Assembly (NCBI GenBank): GCA_947488865.1
Contig: CANLCB010000003.1
Coordinates: 1 to 51,314, forward strand
DNA: 51,314 nucleotides
Source: Deltaproteobacteria bacterium
Lineage (GTDB): Bacteria > Bdellovibrionota_C > UBA2361 > OMII01
Direction of reading: 5' to 3'
The first letter of the stretch is position 1. Each line of letters opens with the position of its first letter. The notes beneath the pieces are model-generated. The model did not search any database and was not told where the DNA came from. It was given only the letters and a program-made list of their open reading frames with translations. The position numbers and the translations under genes were made by a program. Positions 49,057 through 51,314 of this stretch are shown piece by piece.

Positions 49057-49527
49057 CTACGCAGCTCGGCGCGGACCAATCGCCAATCGCGCGCCGGACA
49101 CTATCGCCCCTGGAGCGATTGAGATAACCGCCGCTTCAACATCGTCCTTAACGCAACCGCCCGCCCGTACATCCACGGACTCCTTCACGACAACAGGCTG
49201 CTCGACTACGCCCTCAACGGTCAGGGAATTGGTCGACACTGGCGCACTCAACACTCCGCTGGGCCCCACCGACACGGATGGCGCTGTAAGAGAATCCCCT
49301 GAGAGAACCCCCTCAACAACTACCGGCCTACCGGTCACAACGGTACCGGAAACTCGGTACCCCTTAGCGACCACGAAAGCCCCTAGCGGATGCTTACGGG
49401 TGCCATCGAGATTTTGAGGTGTTATCTCCAACTTAGAGCTTTGACTTGGGGCGACAGGCGCCTCCTTCGAACCCACAACTGGATTTCCGGTGGGCTCAAG
49501 ATCCAACTTTTTCGTTCTCCACAACAT
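49057..49527 (-). CDS. Bactofilin (polymer-forming cytoskeletal protein)
   Basis: Beta-helix repeats VVAKGYRVSGTV, VVVEGVLSG, LTVEGVVE, ISIAPGAIVSG after a disordered N-terminus. Confidence 0.75.
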   Translation of the reverse strand: MLWRTKKLDLEPTGNPVVGSKEAPVAPSQSSKLEITPQNLDGTRKHPLGAFVVAKGYRVSGTVVTGRPVVVEGVLSGDSLTAPSVSVGPSGVLSAPVSTNSLTVEGVVEQPVVVKESVDVRAGGCVKDDVEAAVISIAPGAIVSGARLAIGPRRAA

Positions 49528-49962
49528 AGCTTTCGGTGTACTGCACTCTTACTCCAACAGCAAGAGCGTTCTCTGTGATTCCTACTGAAAGAAACACCCA
49601 TCAAACACGCCCCACGACCGACATTTTCTCCAAGGAAAATAGGCGCAAAAACTAAGCTCCTCCAAACCTCATTCCGACTGCGTCACTTGGAGGTAAGAAT
49701 CGCTTTGGAGCTGACGTTTTGGGATTGTTGAAACCGGCGATTTCAGTCAGCATAAAGGCTTATCCAGTGCACGTTTTGAGAATTGTCCCCCAAAGCTCTT
49801 TCTCGGATTAAATTCCGAGAAAAAAGCGTCGAAATTTGTCGCAGGCGGCGCAAAGTTCGACGCGGTTGAGCATCATATCTCTATCGTTTTCGAGCGAGAT
49901 TTAATCCGGGGGAATTTCAGACGAGGGCGGACTAGGCAATCTCCTCTAAGGGTCGACACACG

Positions 49963-51314
49963 ATGGTGAATCTTCGGGCAGCTAAAAACATCCAGACGGT
50001 CTGCAAGACCCTCGCCCGTCACCTTTCGCCTTCTTCTCGCTTACCACTCACCCTAACCTCGGTAGCCGCATCCATCTTGTCTACAGGCGCGCATCAAGCC
50101 TCTTCAGCGTGGGCCGCTGATAGCTCGCCTAGTGATCAAACTCAACTCATCTCAACCGACCCTGTGGTGCAGGATCAGATCGACCGCTCTCTCAACAGAG
50201 CTCCTGTCGATCGAGTCGCCATGAAACAGGACTCTCGTACCGTTGGTCGAGTGTACCCGCCCCCACGACTTCGATACATCGAGACTCGAACAACGAACGA
50301 TGGGGATATTCGGCTCGCCGAGCGCCCAAAATTCGAAGACCGAATTGGTGGACGGTACGCCCACGCCACCTCTAACAACAACTTCATTTTTTACACACTA
50401 GATCCAGACCTCCAGGATTACGTTCGAACTGTAGTAGCAAGGGCTCAAGCGTCACACGTCGCGGTCGTAGCGATGGATCCATCCACGGGCGCCATCCTCG
50501 CCATCGCTGGAAAGTCCATCTCTGTGCCGGACATTGAGTATCACGCGGGATTCCCTGCCGCGTCGCTGTTCAAGGTAGTAACCGCCGCGGCCGCTGTAGA
50601 GCATGCCGGTATCGAAACACACTCGATGATTCCATTCCGAGGCGGCACGTATACCCTTAACCAGGCAAACTACAACCCCGACCCTCGCCTGGACCGTCGC
50701 GTGATGAGTGTTGGCGAAGCGCTTGGACGTTCGTGCAACCCCGTCTTTGGACACATCGGCCTTAAGTACCTTAACGGCGACATCCTCGCTAAATACGCTC
50801 GTCAGTTTGGATTCAATCGCGGACTCGCCTTAGAGGCCCCTCTCCCAGAGAGCTCCGCCTGGATTCCTCAAGACAACTCATATGAGCTAAGCCGAACCTC
50901 CGCTGGATTCGGAGAAGTACGAATCAGCCCAATTCACGCGGCCGCTCTCATGTCCGGAATCGCCAACGGCGGAGTGCTTCCAAAACCTCAGATGGTAGAC
51001 ACCATCGTAGACCAAGATGGAACCGTCATTCAGAAGCAGAAGCCCGAGATGCTTCAACGCATCGTTCAAAGCTCCACCGCGGAATCGCTCATGAAGATGA
51101 TGCACTACACCACGACTGTCGGTACATCACGCCGAGAGTTCATGCGCGGATCATCGCCAACGCTCGGCGCTATCGACGTCGCTGGAAAGACGGGAACACT
51201 CACTGGCGACAATCCTGTTGGCCTCAACAATTGGTTCATCGGAGCAGCGCCAATTCAGAATCCAAAGATAGCGATCGCGGTGATTACAGTCGATCCACAA
51301 CACTCATCGAAAGC
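49963..51314 (+). CDS. Penicillin-binding transpeptidase domain protein, truncated by the window end
   Basis: Frame 1 is open from ATG 49963 to the end; TLDPDLQ, AMDPSTGAILA, SxxK (AASLFK), SxN (SCN), KTG (AGKTGT), WFIGAAP. Not in the ORF track because it has no stop. Confidence 0.9.
   Translation, partial: MVNLRAAKNIQTVCKTLARHLSPSSRLPLTLTSVAASILSTGAHQASSAWAADSSPSDQTQLISTDPVVQDQIDRSLNRAPVDRVAMKQDSRTVGRVYPPPRLRYIETRTTNDGDIRLAERPKFEDRIGGRYAHATSNNNFIFYTLDPDLQDYVRTVVARAQASHVAVVAMDPSTGAILAIAGKSISVPDIEYHAGFPAASLFKVVTAAAAVEHAGIETHSMIPFRGGTYTLNQANYNPDPRLDRRVMSVGEALGRSCNPVFGHIGLKYLNGDILAKYARQFGFNRGLALEAPLPESSAWIPQDNSYELSRTSAGFGEVRISPIHAAALMSGIANGGVLPKPQMVDTIVDQDGTVIQKQKPEMLQRIVQSSTAESLMKMMHYTTTVGTSRREFMRGSSPTLGAIDVAGKTGTLTGDNPVGLNNWFIGAAPIQNPKIAIAVITVDPQHSSK

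Overview
A gene-dense bacterial chromosomal window; gene content and order suggest a delta-proteobacterial or Bdellovibrionota-like organism (inference only). The right two-thirds is mostly housekeeping: ssb, yceD, lon, an EboD-like dehydroquinate-synthase homologue, an LpoA-like lipoprotein, grpE-dnaK-dnaJ, recO, yggU, a CBS/DUF5335/BON cassette, yggS, maf, guaB, mreBCD-mrdA-rodA, rplS, a bactofilin and a second penicillin-binding protein that runs off the window end and is absent from the ORF track. The left ~19 kb is accessory: orphan ORFs, a Pol-beta-type nucleotidyltransferase-like ORF, a tandem Lrp/AsnC regulator, a GNAT + carbon-nitrogen hydrolase pair divergent from an HDAC-family deacylase, an MlaEFD/PqiC-type ABC transporter, Tex, a Cys/Gly-rich secreted protein and a SLOG-type protein. 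I found no tRNA, rRNA, CRISPR array, transposase or integrase. Best leads: (1) MreB with Ala in place of the conserved phosphate-2 Asp (D165A); (2) the acyl writer/eraser triad at 4968-8761; (3) a two-copy MITE-like element with ~20-bp terminal inverted repeats; (4) a 210-nt long-range, switch-like inverted repeat upstream of an orphan eboD-like gene; (5) a bactofilin divergently paired with a compact transpeptidase. All family calls come from motif recognition by eye, not database searches.
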